NCBI GenBank assembly: GCA_964016885.1 | Contig: OZ024745.1 | Coordinates: 38,378,001-38,442,000 of the forward strand | DNA length: 64,000 nt | Reading direction: 5' to 3' | Source: Eledone cirrhosa | Lineage: Eukaryota | In this document: positions 12,240-26,197 of the stretch, piece after piece | Layout: each line of letters opens with the position of its first letter | How positions within the stretch are numbered: the stretch's first letter is position 1 | Program-made: the position numbers and the translations under genes | The notes under the pieces: generated by a model | Seen by the model: only the letters and a program-made list of their open reading frames with translations | The model's database searches: none | What the model was told of the DNA's origin: nothing

Positions 12240-13350
12240 ACAGACCTATTCCTGAGAGGGGCGTGGGGGCAGAGTCCTCAAACACCCTTGCCAGTGGGTC
12301 TTGGGAGAAACAAACTGTTCCGGCTGGATGCCCAATCAAGAAAAGACGAGCTCATAAATGTTATCCAACCATCTTGGTCGCGGTTTAACCCTGTGTCTCC
12401 CCCCGGTTGGTTTTCCCCATAAACCTGTAAGGCGATACTTTCCTAAACACAGGTGTGTAACATTGGAGCTGTGATCTCTCAATTCGCAGAAGATGAGACC
12501 GTACCTTGTTCATCTCACTGATCTCTGAGCTACGTATTCTATCGAGCTACGTCACTACAAAGAGCCTTCGGAGGAACCCCATTCCGGCCGCTTAAATTGG
12601 AATTCTGAATTGAAGATAACGTGTTTGGCTTTATATACCAACGTGCCTTCTTCTGATTACCGAATGGTGAAGCTAGCGCATTGATGTAACAGCTCCTGCA
12701 ATTCTTGCATTTAATTCACTCTCCGACCTTTCAGCACCCGAGATAATTGAAATTATGCATCTGCTTCAATGGAAATCTATTTGCATGTAGGCTGGGTAGG
12801 CTTCCTTTTCATGACAAGATCTTCATTCGCAGCACTAATTTTCATTCGAGCCGTGCCGCTCTCGGCATCAAGCCAATCACGTGCATGTCAGAGACCCCTG
12901 TCTGAGCTATTATTTAATACAATGTCATCTGAAAATTCCAGCCAACTGATCCTAAAACCACCAGTCCTGATGCCACAACGAAAACACCCGGCTGCATAAA
13001 TCAAACATGGATATTATGAACAGGATTGGTGTCACTACGCTCCCTTGTTGTAGGACATATCCTGCAATGAATGATTTCGATTTAGCACCATTTATACCAA
13101 AACAAATATTTGGGTATTCCTATCGAGACATCATACCAACAAGAAGCTGTCTATATATCACACACTCCCGCAGAACACGGTCGTATGCTATATACCTGAT
13201 ACCGAGTAGGTGTGAGGTGGGGCGGTTAACTTAGCACTACGAATTATGAAGATATCTGCCAGAACACTTTATTTGCGTTATCTGAAATCGGTTTCCAGCT
13301 AAAAACTAAATCCTCTCATGTCTTAACTTTACAATCCTTTATTTTATCTT
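12240..13350 (-). mobile_element. RTE-clade LINE 3' fragment (decayed RT and C-terminus)
   Basis: Minus strand reads LQQGSVVTPILF (RT) and KPRPRWLDNI..LGIQPE (RTE-type C-terminus). Confidence 0.65.
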
Positions 13351-13899
13351 CTGTTAATTTTCATGCCTGATTGAGGAGCACTTCTTTGGACTATTGATTG
13401 AACCAAGGGATACCCCTGCCATCTAGTGCCACACCAACAGCTTCCAAATGCTGCATTTAGCACCTAAAGCAAAAGCTGGCGGCAGATTTGTTCAGCGAGA
13501 GAATGTGTCGCAGGTGGCTGGTAGCGATAGGGTCACCATCTATCCTATTTAGTTAAGATACATACTGTCACATACCGGACAAATAAGTAGCCCCGGACCA
13601 ACATCGGTAAACTACTAGGGAAAATGGAGCACATTGTGATACATTTATCTCCCAAAGAAAATCTGACATCCCTGTTATGTAGTTTTCACAAGGCGAGTAA
13701 TGGCCACCTCTAAAGGAAACCCCTAGTCTTCGCAGGTGTGAGCAAAGTAACAGATTGGCGACTGGCGCGAATAAGATCACCAAACCTGCAATGTGGTGAG
13801 AGATGAGAAAAAGAACCATACCGTATCGTCCTGAGCGCGGGTTAACAAGGGACGAGTTCAGGACTTATGTGGAGGAGCGTTTAAGAAAATAAATTGCTG

Positions 13900-14700
13900 T
13901 CTTCATTCATGCTGTAAAAAACTGGCAATTGGACTTCGAACATGTGGATTCTTAAACATCACAACCCTTGCCTGTAAAGAGTAGGAAATAGTGGCTAGAT
14001 GCTACCGGCTAGATATAGTCGGGTGTCTCCTCAACAAAATCTCGTCGCTCTGTATCTAAAATATTTAAACTCCACTAATGTGGTTTGGCGCCAACTATGA
14101 CATCACAAGTGGGACTGGAGATATTTACAATCCACTGGGTGTCAGAATGTGTTATGGACTGTATCCAATTAGGAGAGCGGGGTAGTCCCACGAAGTGTAA
14201 GTTGAAAGAGAGGTCTCTTCTGGGGGTGCAAGTTTATGCACCAAACAAGGAGTCTGAATACAGTTCCTTCCTTAATGAAGTCACTGTTAGATATCGTTGA
14301 GGTTGGGTCATATTTCCTAATGAAAAACTTCAATGCACATGTTGGCACAGGTCATCTGACATGGAGAGGAATTATAGGGAGGACGGTGAACCCGATCGAA
14401 ATACGAATTGAAAGGCCTCATTAGACTTATGTTCTAGCAATGGACTCTCTATTATGAACACCTTCCTTTAGCTCAGAGATATCTACATATATAAATCAAT
14501 ACCTGATTGTGAAATTGTCCTTTAACTCTTCTATTCTGTGCTGGAGGTTAGTGTTAAGTGTGTCGATGAGATAATGATTGATCACTATCTGCAGCTTCAC
14601 CCTATTTAAAGCCAATAAAACTGATAGGTCTATTTTGAAGAAGTTGGAAATCATGATGGATAAGGAAGTCAGGCCCAGTTATATTGATACAATGGCATCC
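13900..14700 (+). mobile_element. RTE-clade LINE AP-endonuclease fragment
   Basis: QVYAPN, NFNAHVG, WRGIIG and NGLSIMNT motifs, frameshifted. Confidence 0.7.
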
Positions 14701-15735
14701 AAATCCCCCCTGATCAAACTGAGGACGTTCAGACGGAATGGAGAGGAGTGAGAATGACCTGCATTTGAAAATAGAGTGCAACTGTCTAATCTTTCAATAG
14801 CCAGGTGTACTATTAACTTAATAGTGTCAGTATATATAGCAATGTAGTTTATTTGAATTACATCTTGATTCTTCATAACATATTTCCAGACAGTTTCTGT
14901 CTCCTCAATGTCACCCACATGCCAGCTGTCGACACAAAATTACGGTGTTTGGCATTTTTGTTTATATGACACGTAATGGGATGGAACCCACTATCTTACG
15001 TTTCCGAACCAAATTCAACAACCCTACAGTTATGCTGCGACAATTATGTGCACATGAAATATTCGTGTGGCCACTTAATTGAGAACTTTTACGCATTATT
15101 TTAGATTAGATTTTCCCACTAACGAGGGAAGTTAGTTTTATAGTTTTGTAAAGAAAACAGAAGAAAGATAATTTGCTTGAAACTTTTGTTGATTTATTTT
15201 TCATAAAAACAAAACCTTGGTTTAACGATTAAATATAGTTCTAGAAGATCAATAACGACTTAATAGTTCGCCGACTTCTCAAAGACACACAAGGAACAAT
15301 GTTGAAACTGTTGCAGAAATGGCACAATGGCACGGCTTAACTAGTCATGCATTGGATAAATTTTACGTCCAGAAAAATAAGGCGAGAGATAAACATTTTA
15401 CAGCGTCACCTAGTCATAGAAATGAAAATATTTTCACACGATGAAACAAGCAGAAACGGATAATCACACACACGCACGCACACACACACACATGAATACG
15501 GTGTTAACTGACAAACATATACATATCATTTCTGACAAAAATATACGTATAATTTCTGTCAGCCTCTAAGTTTAGAGACTTTACTAGGGCTCCACCCATA
15601 TACACAAATACAATTAAAGCACATTCTAACGTAAAATTTGATATTATTATCACATAGATTTCAAATCGGCAAGAACATATTCTCATGATAGTAAATTAAT
15701 TCATTTATATCTCTATCTATATCTCTCTCTCTCTC

Positions 15736-15799
<64 letters not shown>

Positions 15800-15811
15800 T
15801 ATAGATATATA

Positions 15812-15858
<47 letters not shown>

Positions 15859-15967
15859 ATTGGTGTGCGTATGTGTGTGTGTGTTCTTGTGTACATATAT
15901 ATATATGTATATATATGTTTATATATTTATATATATGTATATATATATGTATATATATATATATGTG

Positions 15968-16049
<82 letters not shown>

Positions 16050-16207
16050 CACATATATATATATATACATATATATAACACATTATTTCACGTTGCTCCT
16101 TCTACCTGGAGTTGCGACCGATAGATAGTACTAGCAACTGGAAAGACCAACGGAAACATTGTTTCCTCGGTCCGATCTGACGAAAGTCGATCGATCCTAA
16201 AAAAAAA

Positions 16208-16265
<58 letters not shown>

Positions 16266-16341
16266 CGAAGGGAATGTGGTAAGGAACCAGGTGGACCATA
16301 ACGCACCAAAGTATTCAATACTTAGGGTAGTAGAGTGGGTA

Positions 16342-16739
16342 ATAGGAACGAGTAGGACCCCGACGGCTGAGCTCAAGCCATTTCGACGGCTAATTCTGAA
16401 CTAAATGAACATTTTCATCCTATTATATGAATAGCCGAGCTTCTCAGGGGGTAATTCAATATATGGTAACAGTGATTGTCACAAGGATCGGTCAAAAGTT
16501 TGTTGTTGAGACACATAATTCTATCATGGCAAATTGTCATGATAGAATTTGCCATGATAGAATAATGTGTCTCAACAACAAACGTTTGACCAATCCTTGT
16601 GACAATCACTTTTACCATATATGGAATTACACCCTGAGAAGCTCGGCTATTCATATAACAGGATAAAAATGTTCATTTAGTCCAGAATTAGCCGTCGAAA
16701 CGGCTTAAGCTCAGCCGTCGGGGTCCTACTCGTTCCTAT
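16342..16739. repeat. ~400-bp imperfect palindrome with a hammerhead-like motif on each arm
   Basis: Arms are reverse complements around ~16540. HHR-like: acc(cc)-CTGAGAA-g..cggcta...tagccgtc-GAAAC-ggct..agcc-GTC-ggggt (16631-16724). Confidence 0.88.
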
Positions 16740-16784
16740 ATATATATTTACATATATATATATATACATATATTTACATATGGA

Positions 16785-16945
16785 CACACTAGAAGAGGAA
16801 GACCAAGGTTAACGTATGCTGATGCACTAAGGACAGGCACTGGTCTGTTGGAGACGCAGGACATGGCAGCGATAATGAGGGACAGAGAACGCTGGAGAGA
16901 ACTCGTCCATGGATCTTGGGAATTTTACCCGCCTTAGATTAGAGA
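16785..16945 (+). mobile_element. RTE-like LINE 3' end
   Basis: RRGRPRLTYADAL...MRDRERW motif, then a short tandem ttagat/ttagag tail. Confidence 0.6.
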
Positions 16946-16999
16946 TTAGATATATATATATTTATGTATGATTAATGTATTAGAGAGGGTGTTGCGACC

Positions 17000-18260
17000 A
17001 GGAATAATTCACTTTCTTGAAAGCAACATTTCTTCTGAAATCCAACAAACATGGGTTCCGTAATTGATCATTTTGATTACATTTTAAGAGCTTTGGTGTT
17101 GGGCTCCAAAACTAATGTCATATACCTTGATTTCAGCGAGGCCTTTTACAGGGTTGATCACAATACGCAACTGAAAATATTATCCGACATTAGTGTCTCT
17201 GGAAAATTAAAACATTAATCAAGTGTTTTCTAACAAACAGAGCCCAACATGTCATACACGAAGGAGTACGATAAGGCCCAGTCAAATTGTTAGTGGCATC
17301 CGACAAGGCAATGAAATTATCGACGTCATCCCAGCACAGCAGCATGAGAATTTTTGCAGGTGATTTCAAATTCCAGAAGGTCATCAATAGGAGATACAAC
17401 ATACCTTCCATAAAATCTACGTGCTCTTACACAATAGGCGAAAAACAAAAACGAAAAGGTAAGATGCTAATCAGCTTTGTAAAGGAGGATGCACTAGAAT
17501 CGTCATATTACTTTCCATCAGTTGAAAACCTCATGACATTTAACAACATAAAAGACCTTTGAATAATTGTCGAAAACACCACTCGTATAAACAGCAATGT
17601 TGTCATACCCTGCAGGATAGGTTCCTGGATTCTCAGAACGTTCCAGTCGAGAGATCCGTTATCCTTCTCTTCTCTAATTTTGCCCAACCCCACTTTGAAT
17701 ACTGTTGTCCACTATGATCTACCCACACGAAACAAAGTATTATAAACATTGAAGCACCTCAAAGATCAGTGACAAAAACGATTGCCGCCGTGACGGCAGG
17801 ACTTGTCTTGACTATTGCCGTCGACTAGAAAAGCTCTAAATTTACTCTTTCCAACACCGCTCTTAGCTAACCATCATCTGCATGATGTGGAAAATATTCC
17901 ATCAGAATTTACCAAATTATGTTGGCATCATCTTGAAAGTACACCTGCCCGTGCTATCTAGCCACAACAAAAATCATACTCACATCCCATAACATTACGA
18001 CACACTTATTTCACCTCAACTGGTCCCACGGTTTTTAACATTACAACAAAACACTTTAAATAGAAACATATACAATACAATTTAAATCATCTTTGGAAAA
18101 ATTCCTCCAAGGTACCCCGGATAATCCTCCCATTCCCGGATATGTCTCCGTAAACAATAACTCTGTTTAAGTGGGCCATGATGCCCAAAACGTGTGTTAA
18201 AAGACTTTGCCAGCTGGTGCCATAAAGGCCTCCGTCAAGAAACTTCGGAACCACTCAATA
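17000..18260 (+). mobile_element. Decayed CR1-group LINE 3' portion
   Basis: Degenerate PQG..PG RT motif near 17610; C-terminal TGPTVFN...PDNPPIPGYVSVNNNS. Confidence 0.55.
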
Positions 18261-19544
18261 TGATCAAAGTTATATATATATATTTATATGTATATGACAG
18301 CCTGCCATATTAACACCTCATATTCTATTAGGACGCAAGCTAACGAGTGAGAACAAATAAGGAAGAAAAAAATATAAAACGGCAATTGACATGTATTGGC
18401 CATTCATGTATGAGTTCAATTTTGTTGCCACCCTTATTTGTTCATCGCCTCATGTTGTGTGTCCTTCCGCTATCTTGGTTAGCAGAAGATCAAGGGGTTT
18501 CTTGAAAATATAGTTAAGCATACCGTGTAAATCTCTCAGATCTTTTGACAACTTATTAATGGGATAGGGTTTTTGAACCCCATGCTATTGCAGTAGCTGG
18601 TCTGTATTCTCTATGTGAAGAATAGGAAATTTAGCAATACACAGTGGTGTCCTGTTGGCCCCTCTTTCAATGCCGAAGATTAGTGCTAGCCCTTCTAGTG
18701 CGCTTCTCTCCCACATTCACTCCATGAATTAGAACACTAGTTCTTTCAGCTTCACCCACTAGCCCTCCTTTATCATTGAGACAATCCTCATTATGTAGCT
18801 TTGTTGGATTTCTTAAAGTTGTTAATTTGACACTGTTGCTGAGAGTAATATTGCAGGCCACTGATCCCAAAAATCCTCCAGAGGACCAACGTGAATTCCA
18901 GGTCCATTGTTCTGAATATCCTTAGATTCCAACCTACCAGTTGTCTACACATTACTGTCATTTTGGGGATGTGTGCAAAATGCGTGGCAGCATTGCTAAA
19001 AACATTACACAGTTCCCATCATAATCTCGACTTTTGTGGTATTTGTGGTTTGATACATCGGAAGTACCATGAGGAGGTTACACATATGTATAAAGGAACA
19101 GTTGACAATAAATAATCGCTCCCGTTAAAAAAAGACACACCTTCACAGCTTACGCAACCAACACTGAAAGGAAAATGGGAAATTTAAAGATTAAGGAAAC
19201 CATTTTTATGAGCCATTCGTTTTGTAGAGGACTGTTACAGCTTCGCATCTCAAAAGATGGTTTTGGCCCTGAAATATCATATTAAAATACACTACACTGG
19301 TTAAAACTTTACTTTGTTTTGTTTCATTTATCATCATTTGCTCTTCGCACGTTTTTACCACAACATACAGACTTGAAAAAACAAATTATCGGTCTATCAC
19401 ACAATGCTTCGTATTATCTACACTAATACACCCCCCCCCCACCCACATTTATGAGATGGCAACATCAATGGACCTGTTAATTTTCTCGAAAAACAATTTT
19501 TCCAATTACACCCCGCTGCCCCTTCAATCTTTCTAATTTCTCAT

Positions 19545-19625
19545 TCCTTCTTCTTGTGAAGGACTAGCGTCCGAAAGGTTAGGACACTCTTTCTCTTATT
19601 TCAAGCGTTAACCTAATATATTCCT
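19545..19625 (+). mobile_element. Degenerate minimal-HHR PLE end
   Basis: cttgtgaa-ggac tagc gtcc-GAAA-ggtTA; the CUGANGA core is mutated. Confidence 0.4.
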
Positions 19626-19674
19626 TCCATATACAGTAACGATTGTTTTGTTATTTCTGTTTTACTTTTACAAA

Positions 19675-19706
<32 letters not shown>

Positions 19707-20021
19707 GCGCATGGATAACCATGTAACAGAAATATATATAATGCAATAAACAAGTATGGTCATTTAACCCCGTCTTAAGAACCATTATTTGATATATATA
19801 TATATATATATATACGTATCTGTAAGAAAGCTCCTTCCATGAGGATTTCACGTATAATTCACAGGTCAACTCGAACTGAGACATTACCATAATATGCAAA
19901 TATAAGGTTCTTTATACATTTCGATACACCTATTGATGAATCAAAGATGATCGCACCATAAATATATAAATACTTAAAAAAATATTAACACGTACCTACA
20001 GACCCCACAACCCACACACAA

Positions 20022-20082
<61 letters not shown>

Positions 20083-20102
20083 TAACTATAACTATATATA
20101 TA

Positions 20103-20154
<52 letters not shown>

Positions 20155-20166
20155 CATATATATATG

Positions 20167-20220
<54 letters not shown>

Positions 20221-20221
20221 C

Positions 20222-20272
<51 letters not shown>

Positions 20273-20300
20273 CATATATATATATTTATATATATATATA

Positions 20301-20420
20301 ACGAAGGAAATGTGGTAAGGAACCAGATGGACCATAACGCACCTGAGTACTCAATACTTAGGGTAGTAGACTGGGTAATAGGAAAAAGTATGATTGACGG
20401 CAGAGCTCAAGCTGTTTCGT
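20301..20420 (+). repeat. Dispersed copy of the 16265-16385 repeat family (also 1-54 inverted, 22583-22628)
   Basis: Shared acgaagg.aatgtggtaaggaaccag.tggaccataacgcacc and gacggc.gagctcaagc.gtttcg; always next to (TA)n. Confidence 0.85.
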
Positions 20421-20955
20421 TTATTTTAAAACTACACGGTTGAGAACTTATTCTATTTGTGCTATTTATGCTATTTTTCACAGGATTTACACTGAATTAC
20501 TTTGCCAAAATCTGGGGTTATTCGTGATTTCAACACGTGGTTTAACTTACCACCGTGTCATTCACTTATTTGGTACAGAGCGAAATACCTGTTGATAACG
20601 TGATATTCCTTGTTCGATCGTTATACACAAAGCTTATATTTTTAAGCAGACTGTATTTTGATTTAGGTGTCACAGATACTCTATATCGGATTGTAACAGC
20701 AATTCCGGGAGTCCAGGTTTTGTTATCATTTATTTTTTATCATTTATTTTGTTTTGACCTGTTTAGCTTGATTTGGTTTTTGACCACCTTTTCAGTTTTG
20801 TATGGCTTCTTAACACATTGTTTAGCTCTGGTTTTTCAACTATTGAGCACTATATATATTTATATATACATATATATATATATATATTTATTAAAATAAC
20901 ATTAAAGTTTAAGCAAAGAATCGCTGATTTCCCCCTTAACGGGATCTTCTGAAAC

Positions 20956-21011
<56 letters not shown>

Positions 21012-21077
21012 CACCCACACCCACACACATATATATTTACATATATACATATATATATATATATATAAAAGGAAAAT

Positions 21078-21159
21078 GCTTTCTGATGATGTAAACTTTT
21101 CCATTGGAGGTCCCTAGGGATCTCCAATCTTTTGTGAAGTGAAACTGATCGGTAAAACC
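21078..21159 (+). ncRNA. Hammerhead ribozyme motif
   Basis: gcttt-CTGATGA(21083)-stem II with ttggaggtccc/gggatctccaa hairpin-GAAAC(21141)-tgatcg-GTA-aaacc; near-palindromic stem III; between (TA)n tracts. Confidence 0.7.
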
Positions 21160-21233
21160 AATTGGAATAGGTAAACATTTAAATTATATTTTTTAATTTA
21201 TTTAAAAAAATTGTTTGAATCTTGCTTACTCCG

Positions 21234-21280
<47 letters not shown>

Positions 21281-22625
21281 TATATATATATAATGCAAAC
21301 AGAGTTTCATTTATTTAACATTGATACCAACGTGCAATATGTGCCATATCCACATGCAATAGGAAGGTGATTCGGACCAGTCCAAGTCCTTATAGATTTG
21401 TTCAAGTCTTTTTAATTTTAGGGAGATTCATTTCATGTAGACGCCTTTGGTTTCAATACTTCCTCATCCTGGTACCACGCTTCCTCTGGAATAGATGGCT
21501 CTCCTCTCCTTTCTTCTATTCTCCTCTCCGTTACCCCACCTTTCTATAAATGTTCCAAGATTTGCTTTGTCAACACATGTTAATCCAATGCTATCTTATA
21601 GCTTTCTGATCTTATAGCGCCAGCTGCACATCATTACTATTCTTCACTTGGTCACATTGATTTCCTCCACAAGGGATAACAGCATATAATAATGCTGTTT
21701 TGATCTTTTGTAGACACCAACGTAATTTAGTTCGGTGGAATTCCTAATCACTGTGAGATGTATACTTTCATTTTGCTGTAGATTAGCTCCACCTTTGTCA
21801 TAATAACCTTAAACTCATCCAACAACCTCATGAGTTTCAGTCATTGATGATAGAGCCACGCGTTAAAATTTCCCAGAAGACGTGATTTGTTTATTCATAG
21901 CCTTCTTCAATCTGCATTTCCGTACAGATTATGTTGTTCCTGTCGGTACGCTAATCAACAAAATTGTTACCAAGGCATTGTACTTAAATTTTTCAGTATT
22001 GATAGAATAACATCATCAAATACTTCCTAACGGACCGAGCTGATATATATTTCCATTACAGATTATATATAAAGATGATCTTGCTTTTACATCAATGTTT
22101 ATTTTTTAAGCAACCTATTTCCAAATTACCATCCCTTTATATATTCTTCCTTATAGTTATATGTTTCTTTTATATATAATTTCTTCATTATTCTCCTATA
22201 TATTTTGTCATCCTTAAATATTTTCTACTCTTTCACTACAATGTGAATTGCCTTCTTATCTCATCTTTATAAGTTATATCCAAATTCTTCTGAAACACAT
22301 CAGCAGAGACGATGTACGTATCTGGGGGATTATTGCATGGAGTTACATTACTACTAACGAGTAACCTAGTCATCGATATTTTGCACGTCAAAATGATTGT
22401 AAAAGGATTGACACATCGATACCAAAGTAATTTGAGTATAATTTCATTGTTTAAAATATCATATATATGTATGTGTGTGTGTCTGTGTATGTGAGTGTGT
22501 GTCTGTAATTGTGTGTTTGTGTGTGTATTTGTACCTATATATATATCTATCTATATATATATATATATATATATATTAATTTCTAGGAAAATGTTTGACC
22601 CCGACGGCAGAGCTCAAGCCGTTTC

Positions 22626-22677
<52 letters not shown>

Positions 22678-22765
22678 TATATAAATATATGCAATATAAA
22701 TATATATGCATATATATATATATATAAAAATATATATGCATATATATATTTATATATATATATAA

Positions 22766-22834
<69 letters not shown>

Positions 22835-22855
22835 CTTACATATCTATATATTTGT

Positions 22856-23150
22856 GGAGGCGCGAGTCTTAGTGATCAGAGATTTGGATTCACAATCAAG
22901 AGATTGTTCTTTCGATTGCCGAACCGGATGATGCGTTGTGTCCATGGCTTAATCACTTTGTTTCACTTTAAACCAGTTCAATCAGTGGTAGAAATGAGGT
23001 CCCATGTCACTGGTGCCAAAATGTATGCTCATTTGCCTTTCTCTTCGACGACATTGGTGGCTGGGATATGGGAGTCTCCAACTAAAACACCTTCATTGAA
23101 CTTGTTTCTTGAAGGGAACTTTCTAGGTGCACATACGATGGTCATTTGTG
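22856..23150 (+). mobile_element. Decayed tRNA-derived SINE (second family; minus-strand relative at ~23550-23810)
   Basis: tRNA-like head followed by a CORE-like tgtgtcc..g..cacttt segment. Confidence 0.5.
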
Positions 23151-23199
23151 ACTCAAATGTCTCTTTATATATAGATATATAGAGACAGATTTTCGCGTC

Positions 23200-23520
23200 T
23201 TCATGGATATCAAATTTCCACACCGACCTCAGAAAGGGAAGATCAACCCTCGGTCACTTCCTGATGCTGAGGAAAATTCTAGAGGAGGCTAGAAAAAAGA
23301 GTTATCCTGCTGTCATGGTTTTATTTGACTTTAGGAAGTCCTTTGATTCTGTTGACCGAGCCTGTCTGATGAAGATAGTGGACCTGGTATCACTGCTCTA
23401 CACCAACACCATGTTCCACATTATTACACCTGACCGGATGAGCGAGTGTTTTGTCCTGCTGGCTGAAGTGCTCCACGATATACATTGGCTCCCAACCTCT
23501 TTATTATCGCAGTGAACTAT
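23200..23520 (+). mobile_element. RTE-like RT fragment
   Basis: LRKILEE...LFDFRKSFDSVDR...LLYTNT. Confidence 0.65.
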
Positions 23521-25940
23521 ATATATCTATATACTTAAAAGTGTAATAATCACGAAGCATCACAGGAATGGAATCTGAAAAGCTCTTCTCCGAAGCACAA
23601 ACCCATGTAAGGTGTTTTTGTAGAAGCTCACCAGCCACCCATGTGAACAGTCTCCCTTTCCAAATCATTGAACTTGTCCAAGAGAAAGGCAAAGGTTGGA
23701 TCACCAGTGACCGTGGAACTTTTTTTGTTTAGGTCAACCTGAAATAACGTGTCTTGCTCAAGGATATATTACACTACCCATTCCGGGAATCGAACTCACA
23801 CATTCACCATTGTATACATGTTTGTACATATTCATATAATTAATGCAACATTACAGGGGAATAATAGACTAGAAAAATAAGTATGTACGTATGTAGGTAA
23901 GTATATATGTATAGATGTTGAAATGAAGTGATTATCTAAATATAAATGGGGTGTTTATCCGCACTCAGAACGGTGTTTGAAAGAATCTCTTACTTGAGAA
24001 ATGCAGGCATGCATACATATCAAATGTTGGGCTACTAAGCCATAGCAGACGGCATCGTCATGGTAATAGCAGATTTGAATACTCCAGAGAACTTAATTGT
24101 TCATGTATAAATATATGTCAGTCTGCATGTGGACTAATACGGCACCTCCAAGAATGCTCTGCCAATCAAACTCAAGCAGGTGTGGAATGTAGCTACACAC
24201 TGTGTGATATGGCAGGGAAGTCACTTCCAGGTTTGATGAGCCATCTAAGCTGACGTCAGCGACAGCAACATCGTTAACAATTTTTGCCAATGTCTGTTTC
24301 TTTTATTAAGTGGTCGTAGACAGACAAGAGTTGGCTTCATTTATGTATGTATGTGAGTATGTATGTATATATGTCGGGTCACTCTTGAGTGCTACTGGTA
24401 ACATGTAACCTAGTACAACCTGTCGCATGGTCGGGTCGTCGGCGACTAAATCGACAATCCCACCAAGTTTACTTGGTTAGGAGGGTGATTTTCGACACCC
24501 TGCAGGACAAAAAACAAAACCTGAAAAGGGCGGAAGAACTCATAAGAGTCAACAGCCATCCAAAGGTGTGTAAATATGTATATACACATGTACCGTGCTG
24601 CTAAACCACTGGGAGTGAGTGACCCTAGCCTTTGTAACGGCATTCTTCTAGGAGAAGGCAACTCAGGAAACCTGGATACTTCCGATATAAAACCTTCGGC
24701 TCAGTAGTTACCGATGATGTTGATCTTTTCTTCTTTTCGGATTATAGCTACTGTCACTCAGAGAGTGGGATTGGCTCAGTGCACAGTCTTTCCTCACTTT
24801 GAAAAAAATATCTTCACGCTCAGGCATTGCACGATAGAATTAATGAATAATTATTAATAATGGTATATCGTGCAATGGCCATACTCGATAACGAGGGTCA
24901 TCCATCATATCTTGTATATATGTATGCATTATGTATGCATTTAAGTATGTATGTATGTAATTAGGGATAAATGGATGGAGGATGGATGTATATATATATA
25001 TATATATATGAAATTATATATCTACATATGTCTGTAACTATTTATACATGTATATACGAATGTATGGAAGTCAATTTGTAATGCAATGAAATAGTCATTC
25101 TTAATATGCTTTAAATACTATACTATTCCGCTTGTATACAACATGCTTGTACATAGCAAATAAGGAATTTGTTGCGAGATAAAGTTTTGATGTTGTTTAT
25201 AATAATTAGAGCCCCGATCCCATCAAGAAATGAAACATCACATGATTTGTCTTGCTCGACGAATAACCGCATGTTCATGTGTCCACTACTCCAACTAGTA
25301 ATTCGCACTAATTGATTGCATAGCGATATATAATGTTTCAATGTGCATTTCTTAGAATGTGGTTCAGCCGTGGCAATTAGATGTATCGCTTTCGCAGAAG
25401 GTAGATAATTACGAATGCTTTTCTTTTGACTAAATACAGTCATTTATTTTCAACAAATAGACCTAAAAGATATGCGTCATTATACAAACACGCTTTAGGA
25501 TTAATTAATGTCATCGCCGACAATGATTAATTTCTATGGATTCCGGACTTTATCTCATAACATTCCACACAACCAATCTAATATTTAGATATAATTTGTT
25601 GTTGCCGCTGCTGTTATTTGTCGCTAGTTCAGTTGTAATTAGTACCTCTTAGGTAAATCCGCTTTCCTTTTGCTCTACACCATCGAAACATACTCACAGC
25701 TCGATGGAATTACACTAGATGGAATTACACTTTTTATACATGAATATACAATATTAATACTTATTATAAAGATAATACCAAGTACCTGAATTATATTTTA
25801 AGCTTCAGCCATGGCTCTCCAGTTAAAAAGGACGGACTTATTGGCTTACAGATGGACGGATAGACCAAAGAAGCCTACTGGTTGTATGAAGATGATGATG
25901 AAGATGATGATGATTATGATAATAATAATAATAATAATAA

Positions 25941-26130
25941 TTGTTTCTACTTTTGGCACAAGGCCAGCTATTACCCCAGTGTATTACTGGTACTTTATTT
26001 TATCGACCCCGTAAGGATGAAAGGCAAAGTTAACCTCGGGCGCGATTTGAACTCAGGATGGCAAGGGCCGTAACTCAATGTGTTAAAGCATGGCATCCGA
26101 CCCTCTACCGATACTGCCAATCCACCGCCC
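25941..26130 (-). mobile_element. Full-length tRNA-derived SINE within (TAA)n
   Basis: Minus strand: A box tggcagtatcgg, B box gagttcaaatc, core gcctttcatccttacggggtcgataaaa, tail gtagaaacaattattatt; (AAT)n on both sides. Confidence 0.9.

Positions 26131-26197
<67 letters not shown>

Noticed and set aside
15713-16128. [10 protein letters not shown] ORFs (also near 20000, 22500, 27550, 39500-40400, 42800-44350)
   Set aside because: Read-through of (TA)n/(CA)n microsatellites; no coding signal.
16415-16666. Two similar 79-aa ORFs on opposite strands
   Set aside because: A direct consequence of the DNA palindrome, not a gene pair.
24370-24900. GC-richer island resembling an RTE 5'UTR or SINE-like repeat
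   Set aside because: Probably a repeat, but neither family nor boundaries could be supported by eye.
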